From NCBI GenBank assembly GCA_021129515.1, contig JAJOLD010000001.1, positions 257,217 through 321,216 of the forward strand: a stretch of 64,000 bases of DNA, given 5' to 3'. The notes beneath the pieces are model-generated. The model did no database searches. It was not told the DNA's origin and worked only from the letters and a program-made list of their open reading frames with translations. The translations under genes and the position numbers were made by a program. Positions 55,070-64,000 of the stretch are shown piece by piece. Within the stretch, counting starts at the first letter, position 1; every line of letters starts with the position of its first letter. The stretch comes from Minisyncoccota bacterium. Its GTDB lineage: Bacteria > Patescibacteriota > Minisyncoccia > Phycocordibacterales > UBA918.

Positions 55070-56488
55070 TTATTTTAAAGCTTCAATGTGCTCTTTTAAG
55101 AGCTTTGCCAAGATTCCTGGGTTAGCAGCACCTTTTGTTGCCTTCATACCTTGTCCAATCAAAAACTGTAACGATGCCTCTTTACCTCCCCGAAATTCCT
55201 CCACCACCGAGGTGTGTTCAGCAATGACAGCCTGAACCACTGGGAGCAGTGCCTCGTCAGAGCTGTCTTGTAGCAACCCACGCTCTTTTGCAACGGCATG
55301 TACATCAATATCTGCAAAGAGCACTTCTTCGAGTAAATCCTTTGCTATACGTGAATTTAGGGTACCCGCTTTCAGCAGTTTAAGTAGTGTAATAAACCCA
55401 GTATGTGATGCTTCAGTCAGTGAACGAGACTCGGTGATCAGTGGCGGTACATCGGTCGTGAGATAGTTTGCAGCAGATTTAGCAAGTACTGGTTCAAAGG
55501 CAGCATCAGTAATCATCCGATCAAAGAAGGTTACCAGTGCTTTATTTACGAGAATGACATCAGTCTGTTCTCTCGTTAATCCGAGATTAGCATAGTTAGT
55601 ACGCTTTATATCCGGTGTTTCTTCCATATTCTCCTTTAAACGAGATAGTGAAAATTCTTCAATTTCTCGGAGGTCTAACTTCGGCAAATCAGGATCAGGG
55701 AAATACCGATACTCATCCGCAGATTCCTTTACTCGCTGCGTGAATGTTTTAGCACGGTTCTCATCCCATCCACGTGTTTCCTGAATGATTTTGTCACCCT
55801 TTTCTAACAATTTTGTTTGACGTTTTATCTCGTAGGTAATTGCCGACTCAACCGCTTTAAATGAGTTGAGGTTTTTGACTTCAACCTTCGTACCAAGTTC
55901 GTCAGTATCACTGATTGAAATGTTTGCCTCTACACGCATTTCCCCACGTTCCATATTCGCATCAGACACACCCAACGTTCGGAGCAGTAGTTGTAACTCC
56001 CGCGCAAAGTGTCCGGCAGTTTTTGCATCATGTATAACTGGCTCGGTGACCAACTCCATAAGCGGCACCCCTGCTCGATTGTAGTCGACAACACTTCCTT
56101 CAGTCTGGTCATGCAGTGACCGTGCAGTGTCTTCTTCTAGGTGCACTCGGGTGATTGCCACATCGGCAAGCTCGCCGCCTTTCACAAATGGAAATTCATA
56201 CTGACTAATTTGATACCCTTTTGGAATGTCAGGATAGAAATAATTTTTTCTATCAAACTCAGTGTATGTTGCAATGTCTGCATTCAGTGCAACACCAACA
56301 GTGAGTACATGTTCGACTGCCGCTTTATTAATGACCGGAAGTGTCCCTGGGTGTGCCATACACACCGGGCACACATGTGCATTGGGTGCTGCGCCATGTG
56401 GTTGGTTCACACAGTTACAAAACATTTTTGTTTTTGTTTTTAATTCTGCGTGCACTTCAATACCGATGGTGGGTTTATACGTTGTCAT
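55070..56488 (-). CDS. gatB: Asp/Glu-tRNA amidotransferase subunit B
   Basis: IGIEVHAEL, FDRKNYFYPD, HLEED, NRAGVPLMELV, EVKNLNSF, YRYFPDPDLP. Confidence 0.97.
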   Translation of the reverse strand: MTTYKPTIGIEVHAELKTKTKMFCNCVNQPHGAAPNAHVCPVCMAHPGTLPVINKAAVEHVLTVGVALNADIATYTEFDRKNYFYPDIPKGYQISQYEFPFVKGGELADVAITRVHLEEDTARSLHDQTEGSVVDYNRAGVPLMELVTEPVIHDAKTAGHFARELQLLLRTLGVSDANMERGEMRVEANISISDTDELGTKVEVKNLNSFKAVESAITYEIKRQTKLLEKGDKIIQETRGWDENRAKTFTQRVKESADEYRYFPDPDLPKLDLREIEEFSLSRLKENMEETPDIKRTNYANLGLTREQTDVILVNKALVTFFDRMITDAAFEPVLAKSAANYLTTDVPPLITESRSLTEASHTGFITLLKLLKAGTLNSRIAKDLLEEVLFADIDVHAVAKERGLLQDSSDEALLPVVQAVIAEHTSVVEEFRGGKEASLQFLIGQGMKATKGAANPGILAKLLKEHIEALK

Positions 56489-56717
56489 GACGAGTATAGT
56501 ACCTTTTGTCACCCTTCCTTACAAGCGAACATACCGATGTACGCACCAACATATGTGGTATCAATGCACTGCTCACATGCCCATGAACGCCCCTAGCGTG
56601 CTTTTTATATACTTTCAATCACACATTTCTCAATTTTGTCAACAGTATTATATGATATATAAAAAATACCCTTATAATAAAGGGTATTTTAGCCATGCGT
56701 ATATGTATACTAGTATA

Positions 56718-57701
56718 TTATTCCGATTCATTTTCAGAGCTAATATGCTTTGTGAGGGCATCTGAGAGAGTTTTTATACCCTCCCCCGTGTGTGCTGAAA
56801 CGACAAATACCCGTGCTGCGTGCGCGGCAAACGTGTCTATGAGTTGCTGCACAACTGTTTCATCAGTATTGATATCTGTCTTAGTGAGCACAATCCACTC
56901 TGGTTTTTTTGCAAGACTCTTGTCGTAGGCAACAAGTTCTTCACGTACTGCGGTGTATACCGCAACTGGATCTTGATTTTCGAGCGACACACAATGCAGT
57001 ACCATTTTGGTGCGAGTCACGTGCCGCAAAAATTTATGGCCCAATCCTTTTCCATCTGATGCCCCTTCGATGAGCCCTGGGATATCCGCAAGCAATACAC
57101 CATAGAGGTCACCAAGATGTGGTTCAAGTGTCGTAAATGGATATGCCCCGACTGCAGCCTTGGCATTGGTCAGTGTATTGAGCAAGGTTGATTTACCAGC
57201 ATTCGGAAGCCCAATAAGCCCCACATCAACCAAGAGTGCTAACTCAATCATAAACGCACCAGACTCCCCCTGCTTACCAGGTGTTGCTTTTTCTGGAGCT
57301 CGATTAGTTGATGACTTAAAGTACTCATTTCCAAGTCCACCATGCCCCCCTAAGAGAATTTTTTCAGTGGCACCCACCGTATCAAGAGTATACGTTCTAT
57401 CCCGAGCAATATCACGCACCGTGGCACCGACAGGCACATCAATATAGCAGTCAGCACCATCATGCCCGTGTTGACTTTGGTTCCTACCAGCCTCGCCATC
57501 TTCTGCAGCAAATGCTTTGCTTCCAGTATATTTACTCAAAATACTGAGGTCATGTACGGCACGAATATAGACATCGCCACCCCTGCCGCCATTTCCGCCT
57601 GCAGGACCACCCATGGGCTTAAATTTCTCACGACGCCACCTGACGACACCGTCGCCTCCATTTCCTGCTTTTGCGGTTATTTCTAATTCGTCTACAAACA
57701 T
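56718..57701 (-). CDS. obg: GTPase Obg (CgtA)
   Basis: Gly-rich Obg fold, GLPNAGKSTLL, YPFTTL, DIPGLIEGA, TKTD. Confidence 0.97.
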   Translation of the reverse strand: MFVDELEITAKAGNGGDGVVRWRREKFKPMGGPAGGNGGRGGDVYIRAVHDLSILSKYTGSKAFAAEDGEAGRNQSQHGHDGADCYIDVPVGATVRDIARDRTYTLDTVGATEKILLGGHGGLGNEYFKSSTNRAPEKATPGKQGESGAFMIELALLVDVGLIGLPNAGKSTLLNTLTNAKAAVGAYPFTTLEPHLGDLYGVLLADIPGLIEGASDGKGLGHKFLRHVTRTKMVLHCVSLENQDPVAVYTAVREELVAYDKSLAKKPEWIVLTKTDINTDETVVQQLIDTFAAHAARVFVVSAHTGEGIKTLSDALTKHISSENESE

Positions 57702-57929
57702 TAACTGAAAAAAGGAGCGTAAGCGACTATTCTGAAATTACGTCCCGATTTGTTCTGCCCTTGGGCAAATCGCTGGACGAGCAAATGTAGTATGTCACTA
57801 TACGCACTCCATTGTTTATATATTGATAATTCTTTTGACCTTTTATTATACCTCTTCCCTAGGAAAAATTGCTGGACAAGGAACTGTGGCATGTCGCCTG
57901 TTCCCATTACTTATAAATGACTTATTTAC

Positions 57930-58030
57930 AATTCGTCTTCCCTTACAGGGACTGTTCAGGTTGTCGCTGCTTACGCAGCTGGCAACCTCTTGCGAAATGA
58001 CAGTAAGTCATTTCTCACCCAGAGCGAATT
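57930..58030. repeat. Stand-alone copy of the multi-hairpin module
   Basis: AATTCG..CCCTTACAGGG-ACTGTTC-AGGTTG..CAACCT-CTTGCG-AAATGAC..GTCATTT-CTCACC..CGAATT; matches 41362-41442. Confidence 0.75.
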
Positions 58031-58194
58031 CCTGGAACACATAGTCATAGTCCAAGCTACCCTACTTGTGATTACATACCAATAAATACTCGGCTTGTTC
58101 GTTACACTTGATTTTGTATACCCCCTTCCACCTCTCTCGCACCACATACCACCATACATCTTCCAACAATACAAACACTTCTGCGCTCAACCAC

Positions 58195-58527
58195 CTATAC
58201 CAATTTGTTCCCAATGGCACTCACAACACTGACAATCAATGAGCCAATGAGTGCCGCGAGGAATCCTTGTACCGCAAAGCCATCAACAAAAGAAGCGACA
58301 AACAAGAAGAGCGCGGCATTGATAACAAACATAAAGAGTCCAAGTGTCAGAATGGTAATTGGCAGGGTAAGTACCACTAACACTGGACGCACAATGAGAT
58401 TAAGCAATCCTAATATAATTGCTGCAATAATTGCAATATAAAGGTTTGCAATGGCAATACCAGGCACCACATATGCAGCAATGAGTAATCCGAGTGCGGT
58501 TATCAATACTCGTACAAGAATAGTCAT
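58195..58527 (-). CDS. 4-TM phage-holin-family membrane protein (YvlD-like)
   Basis: LLNLIVRPVLVVLTLPITILTLGLFMFVINA signature. Confidence 0.88.
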   Translation of the reverse strand: MTILVRVLITALGLLIAAYVVPGIAIANLYIAIIAAIILGLLNLIVRPVLVVLTLPITILTLGLFMFVINAALFLFVASFVDGFAVQGFLAALIGSLIVSVVSAIGNKLV

Positions 58528-58558
58528 AGGCGTAGTATACCGTAGAACGTCACGATTG

Positions 58559-61084
58559 CTATGTGCGCAATTGCCATTCTCCTGAGGTGATTAATGGTTC
58601 TGCTTTTTTGTACTTCATCTCTTTTGTGTCGGTTCCATTGGTGATGGTTACCATTTCATTTCGAGCAGGTGTTGCATCTTTAACTACTGGTGTATTCCGC
58701 GGTGGTGCCGTATGTGCAGTCCTTGCACCACCCGAGCGCTTGGCTGCTTCTTGCGCTTTACGCAGCTCGGCCTCTTCTTTATTGAGTGCTTCAACCTGCA
58801 TATTTGGAATAAGTTCTGCAAGGCGATGCACTGCGGCTTCTTGCATTTCGCTAAAGAGCCGCAAGCCTTCTTTGCGATACTCAATCAGTGGATTCTGTTG
58901 TCCATAGGCACGCAAACTCACACTCGAGCGTGTGTACTGCATCACCTCAAGATGCTCGACCCACAAGATGTCATGTACTTGCACCAAGAGTCGCCGTGCT
59001 GTTTCATACCACTGCGTTTCACCCATTTCCTGGATACGTTTTTCAATTGCATCTGCGACCGTTGGTGCAATAGCCACCACTTCATCCAGGAGCTCTTTGA
59101 TGTCTGCGTGACTCCCGGTGAGCATCTTCATACGTCGCTCGTAGACCACCTGCCGCTGCTGGTTCAGCACGTCATCATATGCCAGTACTTGTTTACGTGC
59201 ATCAAAGTTGAAGCCTTCAATCTTCTTTTGTGCTGACTCAAGTGAACGAGTCACCATTGCGTTTTCGATTGGTTGGTCTTCGGGGATGCCGAGCTTGCCC
59301 ATCATGTTTTTAACGGTATCAGTTGCAAAGACACGCAATAAGGTATCTTCCATAGACACAAAAAACTGTGTGGTGCCTGGATCACCCTGTCGTCCAGAAC
59401 GACCACGGAGCTGGTTGTCGATACGACGTGCCTCGTGTCGCTCGGTACCAAGCACAAAGAGTCCACCAAGTTCGAGTACTTTTTGTGTTTGTTCCTCAGT
59501 TGCATTGATGCCACCGAGCTTAATGTCAACACCTCGCCCTGCCATATTGGTTGCCAATGTCACGTTGCCGAGTTCACCCGCACCTGCAATAATCTCACCC
59601 TCATTTTCATGGTTTTTTGCATTCAAGACCTTATGTGGGATTTTGGCTTTGGTAAGTTCCTGGCTTAGCTCCTCATTCTTATCAATAGACGCGGTACCAA
59701 TGAGTATCGGCTGTCCGGTTTCATGCACCTCCTTCACTTTGCGGATGATAGCAGTGTACTTCCCTTTTTCGGTCTGGAAGATTTGGTCGTTGAGGTCCGC
59801 ACGCTTTACCTCGCAATGTGTGGGTACTGGAATCACATCGAGCTTATACACGGTATAGAATTCTTCTTGTGAGGTTAGTCCGGTACCGGTCATACCTGCG
59901 AGCTTGTCGTACATGCGGAAGTAATTTTGGAAGGTAATCGACGCATAGGTGCGAGATTCCTTTTGGATGGTGATACCTTCTTTTGCTTCTACTGCTTGAT
60001 GCAAACCATCTGACCATCGTCGACCTGGCTGGAGACGCCCCGTGAATTCATCGACAATCACTGCCTCACCATCGCGCACCACATACTCCTTGTCACGCGT
60101 ATAGAGTGCTTGCGCACGTACGGCGGTTTCTAAATGATGTACATACTTAATACCTTTGTCGGTATAGATATTTTCAATACCCAGTATCTGCTCGGCAGCC
60201 TCGATACCAGTGTCGGTAAGTGTTGCTGACTTTAGTTTTTCATCGATGGTGTAGTGCTCTTCTGTTTTGAGTTTTTGCGCCACCTTTGCAAAAAGCTCGT
60301 AGAGGTTTTCTGAATCTTGTGCTGGTGCAGAAATAATAAGTGGTGTCCGCGCCTCATCAATAAGAATAGAGTCGACCTCGTCGATGATGGCGTAGGAATG
60401 CGACCGCTGCCTGATCTTTTCTGTATCAAACTCAATATTATCGCGCAGGTAATCAAAGCCAAACTCATTATTCGTGCCATAGGTAATGTCTGCGGCATAG
60501 GCTTCGGTACGGGTACACGGTCGCAAAAACTCATACCGAATGGCATGCGCACCCTCAGCATCACGCGCTTCATCTGCTTCACCATGCCCTGCATCATAGA
60601 GATATGATGCATTTTGGTTGATGACACCAACAGTCAAACCAAGTGCATGATAGATTTGTCCCATCCATACCGCGTCACGACGCGCGAGGTAATCGTTAAC
60701 CGTAATCACGTGTACGCCCTGTTTGGTCAATGCATTGAGGTAGGCAGGAAGCGTCCCCACCAAGGTTTTTCCCTCTCCAGTACGCATCTCCGTGATTTTT
60801 CCGCGATGCAGAATAATACCACCAATAAGCTGCACATCGTAATGGCGCTGATTGAGCGTTCGTCGTGCTGCTTCGCGCACCAGAGCAAATGCTTCGGGCA
60901 ATACTGTATCAAGGTCTTTCCCGTCTGTTATTTCTTGCTTGAGTTCGTCCGTACGTGCACGTAACGCCTCATCAGTATGTGTTTCTACGTTGGATTCAAG
61001 TGCATTGATTTCGTCTACAATTGGTCGGATTTGCTTCAATTCTTTTTCATAGGTTGGACCAAAAAATCTATCTAAAAATGACAT
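58559..61084 (-). CDS. secA: Preprotein translocase SecA
   Basis: EMRTGEGKTL, TVNDYLARRD, IDEVDSILIDEARTPLIIS, ATNMAGRG, QLRGRSGRQGDPG. Confidence 0.98.
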   Translation of the reverse strand: MSFLDRFFGPTYEKELKQIRPIVDEINALESNVETHTDEALRARTDELKQEITDGKDLDTVLPEAFALVREAARRTLNQRHYDVQLIGGIILHRGKITEMRTGEGKTLVGTLPAYLNALTKQGVHVITVNDYLARRDAVWMGQIYHALGLTVGVINQNASYLYDAGHGEADEARDAEGAHAIRYEFLRPCTRTEAYAADITYGTNNEFGFDYLRDNIEFDTEKIRQRSHSYAIIDEVDSILIDEARTPLIISAPAQDSENLYELFAKVAQKLKTEEHYTIDEKLKSATLTDTGIEAAEQILGIENIYTDKGIKYVHHLETAVRAQALYTRDKEYVVRDGEAVIVDEFTGRLQPGRRWSDGLHQAVEAKEGITIQKESRTYASITFQNYFRMYDKLAGMTGTGLTSQEEFYTVYKLDVIPVPTHCEVKRADLNDQIFQTEKGKYTAIIRKVKEVHETGQPILIGTASIDKNEELSQELTKAKIPHKVLNAKNHENEGEIIAGAGELGNVTLATNMAGRGVDIKLGGINATEEQTQKVLELGGLFVLGTERHEARRIDNQLRGRSGRQGDPGTTQFFVSMEDTLLRVFATDTVKNMMGKLGIPEDQPIENAMVTRSLESAQKKIEGFNFDARKQVLAYDDVLNQQRQVVYERRMKMLTGSHADIKELLDEVVAIAPTVADAIEKRIQEMGETQWYETARRLLVQVHDILWVEHLEVMQYTRSSVSLRAYGQQNPLIEYRKEGLRLFSEMQEAAVHRLAELIPNMQVEALNKEEAELRKAQEAAKRSGGARTAHTAPPRNTPVVKDATPARNEMVTITNGTDTKEMKYKKAEPLITSGEWQLRT

Positions 61085-61141
61085 ATGGGCTCATGATTTA
61101 TTCGAATTCACACAGCATAGCATAAATACAGATACCAAAAA

Positions 61142-61171
61142 ACATAACACCTCCTGGTGGAGGTGTTATGT
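61142..61171 (-). terminator. Terminator after H1-like gene
   Basis: ACATAACACCTCC-TGGT-GGAGGTGTTATGT. Confidence 0.7.
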
Positions 61172-61215
61172 GATACTTATGACGCGAAGGTGCCGTACTC
61201 GTCCGGTTACTCGTG

Positions 61216-61506
61216 TTACTTTCGACGTCGAGTTGACTTTTTTGCAACCTTTCGCTTTGTGGCTTTTTTAGCCGACTTTCGTTTAGTTGCCGCTTTTCGC
61301 GTAGTCTTACGCTTCGCTGTCTTCTTTGCTGGCTTTCGCTTTACGGTCTTCTTTGCAGCTTTTCGCTTCGTTGCTTTTTTCGTCGCTTTTCTCGCTGTAC
61401 GCTTTGCTGGCTTTCGCTTTGCAACCTTGCGCTTTGCAGCAGTCTTTCGTGCTGGCTTTCGCTTGGTAGCAGCTTTGCGAGTTGCTTTCTTCTTTTTTGC
61501 TGGCAT
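61216..61506 (-). CDS. Histone H1-like K/R/A/T-rich basic protein
   Basis: MPAKKKKATRKAATKRKPARKTAAKRK... 96 aa of basic repeats with no acidic residue. Confidence 0.85.
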   Translation of the reverse strand: MPAKKKKATRKAATKRKPARKTAAKRKVAKRKPAKRTARKATKKATKRKAAKKTVKRKPAKKTAKRKTTRKAATKRKSAKKATKRKVAKKSTRRRK

Positions 61507-61655
61507 GAATAGAAGTTGTTGAATGTCTAACAAATTCGACCGCATTATTCTCTTTTCAAAGAGCAGGTATAGAGAGAATGTCTGCTTAGCTTCATTATCA
61601 AGCAAATAGTTTGCTACGACAATAAAAAATAAAAATGTTTTTGTGGATAAACATG

Positions 61656-62675
61656 CTATATCTGAGTCACCTCCCACTCAAGTGCAATGCCACAACATTC
61701 CTGTACCCTATCAGCAATCGACTGTGCGAATCCTGCCACCTCTGTTGCGGTTGCACCACCACAATTCACGAGCACGAGTGGTTGCCGTTCGTATAACCGC
61801 ACGCTACCCTCCTGCACTCCCTTGCTATGCAGTATATGGTCAAGTATCCACGCGGTTGATGTTTTTATATGTCCATCATCAGTTGGAAATCCTGGCATAT
61901 CTGGATACCGCTCGATAAGTTCCGCATACTGCACGCGGGGGATAACGGGGTTTTTAAAAAATGATCCTGCATTCCCTTCTGTGGACCAGTCGGGAAATTT
62001 TTGCGAACGAATAGCAATCACTGCATCGCGCACGTGAGCACACGTAGGCATGTCGTTGCCATCGAAATGATGCGCAAGGTCTTTGTACGCGATATTTGGA
62101 CCACCTTCTGTGTGAAGCAAAAAGGTAACCTGCGTCACCACCCATGATGCCGCTACTTCCTTTTTAAAAATTGAATCACGATACCCAAACGCACATTCAT
62201 GACCCGACAAGCGACGCGTCTCATTGGTGGCATAGTCATAGATTGCAACTTCAGTAATCATGGTTGCAACCTCAGCTCCATATGCGCCAATATTCTGTAC
62301 TGGCGCTGCACCAACTGAACTCGGGATTGCTGAGAGATTCTCCAACCCCCACAGCCCACGCGCAACCGTGTCAGCAACCAAGTCGTCAAACACCACACCA
62401 GCGCCAGCAGTCACCAACACACCCGCTGGTGTATCCGTATAGGTCACCCCGTGCACTGCCATATGTATCACCAACCCACGCACACCCTCGTCGGATATGA
62501 GCACGTTTGAACCATGCCCTAAAATCTGTATTGGTTGATTGTTCGCTTGCGCCCACTGACACGCTTCGCGCACTGCGTCGAATGAATCAACCGAGACAAA
62601 AAAATCCGCCACGCCACCAATACCAAAGGTGGTATACGGTGCAAGCGGAATATCTTTCTGTATCGTATCAGTCAT
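61656..62675 (-). CDS. murB: UDP-N-acetylmuramate dehydrogenase
   Basis: YTTFGIGG, LGHGSNVL, GLENLSAIP, QNIGAYG, FGYRDSIFK, NAGSFFKNP, LEWEV. Confidence 0.96.
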   Translation of the reverse strand: MTDTIQKDIPLAPYTTFGIGGVADFFVSVDSFDAVREACQWAQANNQPIQILGHGSNVLISDEGVRGLVIHMAVHGVTYTDTPAGVLVTAGAGVVFDDLVADTVARGLWGLENLSAIPSSVGAAPVQNIGAYGAEVATMITEVAIYDYATNETRRLSGHECAFGYRDSIFKKEVAASWVVTQVTFLLHTEGGPNIAYKDLAHHFDGNDMPTCAHVRDAVIAIRSQKFPDWSTEGNAGSFFKNPVIPRVQYAELIERYPDMPGFPTDDGHIKTSTAWILDHILHSKGVQEGSVRLYERQPLVLVNCGGATATEVAGFAQSIADRVQECCGIALEWEVTQI

Positions 62676-62886
62676 ATAAAAATACTCACCTAAAGATATG
62701 GCCAGCGGGTGCGAGCTCCAAATATAATTGAAAGTTTAAAAGTGAGTGCCGCCGCTAGCCACGTCTGTAGACGAGCTCTGTTTATGGTAGCACACACAAC
62801 GTGCGTCATGTACTGAGAAGCTGCGTACAATACCCTAGTCAAAGAGTACTACGACAGCCGTTGACAACCTATCAGCACACCCATAA

Positions 62887-62918
62887 CGTAAAAATCCCCA
62901 CCCCAGGGATTTTTACGT
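62887..62918. terminator. Terminator hairpin
   Basis: ACGTAAAAATCCC..GGGATTTTTACGT. Confidence 0.65.
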
Positions 62919-62993
62919 AAACTTTCATTTGAGTCTCCAACTGTGACACTCCCCAACAGTATAGATGCTCACCCCCCTATGCTGCAAGCGTGC

Positions 62994-64000
62994 TTATTGC
63001 ATAGTCGCATCAACCGTCTCTCCATCTACCTGCACACGTGGTGCACCAGGCGTACGACCTGCTTCTATATCTTCAATAAAGGTTTCTGCTTGCGCAGCAA
63101 ATGTCGGAATCTGTGCAGCGGCATCCTGCAAAATCTGTATTGCACCAGCACTATCACCCTGTTCATACGCAACAACGGCAAGATGTACATGGTTTTGTGG
63201 ATCCAGTGGCTTCCGTGCGACACGAGATGCGTATACATCGGTGAGCACATCATATGCTTGTGCAGCATAGATTGCTTGTATCACCATATTATTGTCAGAA
63301 ATGGTTCGAATAACACGTTTTGTATCTGCCGCATCATCGTAAATCAATGCACGCGCTTCATCGGCAGCGCCGGTCTGGAAGAGTGCCATAGCATAGAATA
63401 CACGAGCAAGTTCATACTGTGTCTCAAGCATATATGCTTCTTTAAACAATGCTTGTGATGACGATGCATTACCCAATTGCATCTGGGTCAATGCCTGCTC
63501 AAAAATAATTTGCTGTTTTTGCGGTGAGAGTGACCGAGCGATGGCAAGTTGTTCAACCGCTTTTTCAAGCTGTCCCGTTGTGCGATAGAACGAACTAATA
63601 AACACATGAATACGCGCATCGTTTGGTTTTTCTATAGCCTGTTGCAGCAACGCTTCTTCTGTTTTTATAAAGAAGACCTCTTTGAACGTATCTGGTACGT
63701 GTTGTGCCCGCATGATAACACCCATCTGACGCATCATTTGTTCACGAATTTCTTGATCCGCAAAGGAACCACGCGCCAATGCCTCTTCAAATTCAGTAAG
63801 CATCGCCTCCGGGGACTGGCTTGTAAATGCTTGAATGATATCTCGTGCCGCTTGTATATGCGGCACATTCACAAAATATACGGTACCGACCAACACCACT
63901 CCCACCACAGGCGCTACGACCTGACTTATAAGTCTTGCGTCCATAGGTTTTGTTTGTTTGGGCGCACTATCTGCCGTTACATGTGCATGAATAAATGCAA
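62994..64000 (-). CDS. C-terminal TPR-like region of a membrane protein (possibly O-antigen ligase-like); start outside window
   Basis: TM helix followed by TPR-like helices (PNDAR, LSPQKQ, PLDPQ); frame appears open to the window edge. Confidence 0.65.
   Translation of the reverse strand, partial: AFIHAHVTADSAPKQTKPMDARLISQVVAPVVGVVLVGTVYFVNVPHIQAARDIIQAFTSQSPEAMLTEFEEALARGSFADQEIREQMMRQMGVIMRAQHVPDTFKEVFFIKTEEALLQQAIEKPNDARIHVFISSFYRTTGQLEKAVEQLAIARSLSPQKQQIIFEQALTQMQLGNASSSQALFKEAYMLETQYELARVFYAMALFQTGAADEARALIYDDAADTKRVIRTISDNNMVIQAIYAAQAYDVLTDVYASRVARKPLDPQNHVHLAVVAYEQGDSAGAIQILQDAAAQIPTFAAQAETFIEDIEAGRTPGAPRVQVDGETVDATMQ

Noticed and set aside
58195..58527. Prophage lysis cassette
   Set aside because: This holin-like family is commonly chromosomal; neighbours are secA and obg with no phage genes
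61507..61677. N-terminal extension of the H1-like ORF
   Set aside because: Overlaps the murB end and an AT-rich promoter region; composition changes abruptly at MPAKKK

Overview
Chromosomal window from a small-genome bacterium, inferred from gene content and order to be Patescibacteria/CPR (Parcubacteria-like), genetic code 11. It is mostly housekeeping: rpoB 5' end, trmD, rpsP, rnr, smc, rnc, nusB, rpmF, rnhB, dnaE, thrS with a T-box leader, gyrB, tRNA-Thr(UGU), tsf, rpsB, prfA, rpmE, rplY, gap/rpiB/rpe/split transketolase, gatB, obg, secA and murB. It also holds a sortase locus with a large VPYTG surface protein, a WxL/pilin-like surface operon preceded by two membrane-anchored HTH proteins, two toxin-antitoxin loci (one frameshifted), an H1-like basic protein and several small ORFans. 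No CRISPR, rRNA, transposase or prophage is seen. The most unusual signals are non-coding: (1) a multi-hairpin module in four copies with conserved junctions but different, still-pairing stems, three of them nested in a MITE; (2) palindromic elements inserted in frame in dnaE and probably other essential genes; (3) inverted fragments of tRNA-Thr around the gene; (4) a long structured rpoB leader; (5) a contrast between SD-less or leaderless housekeeping genes and SD-bearing ORFans. All calls are from reading the sequence by eye; no database searches were run.
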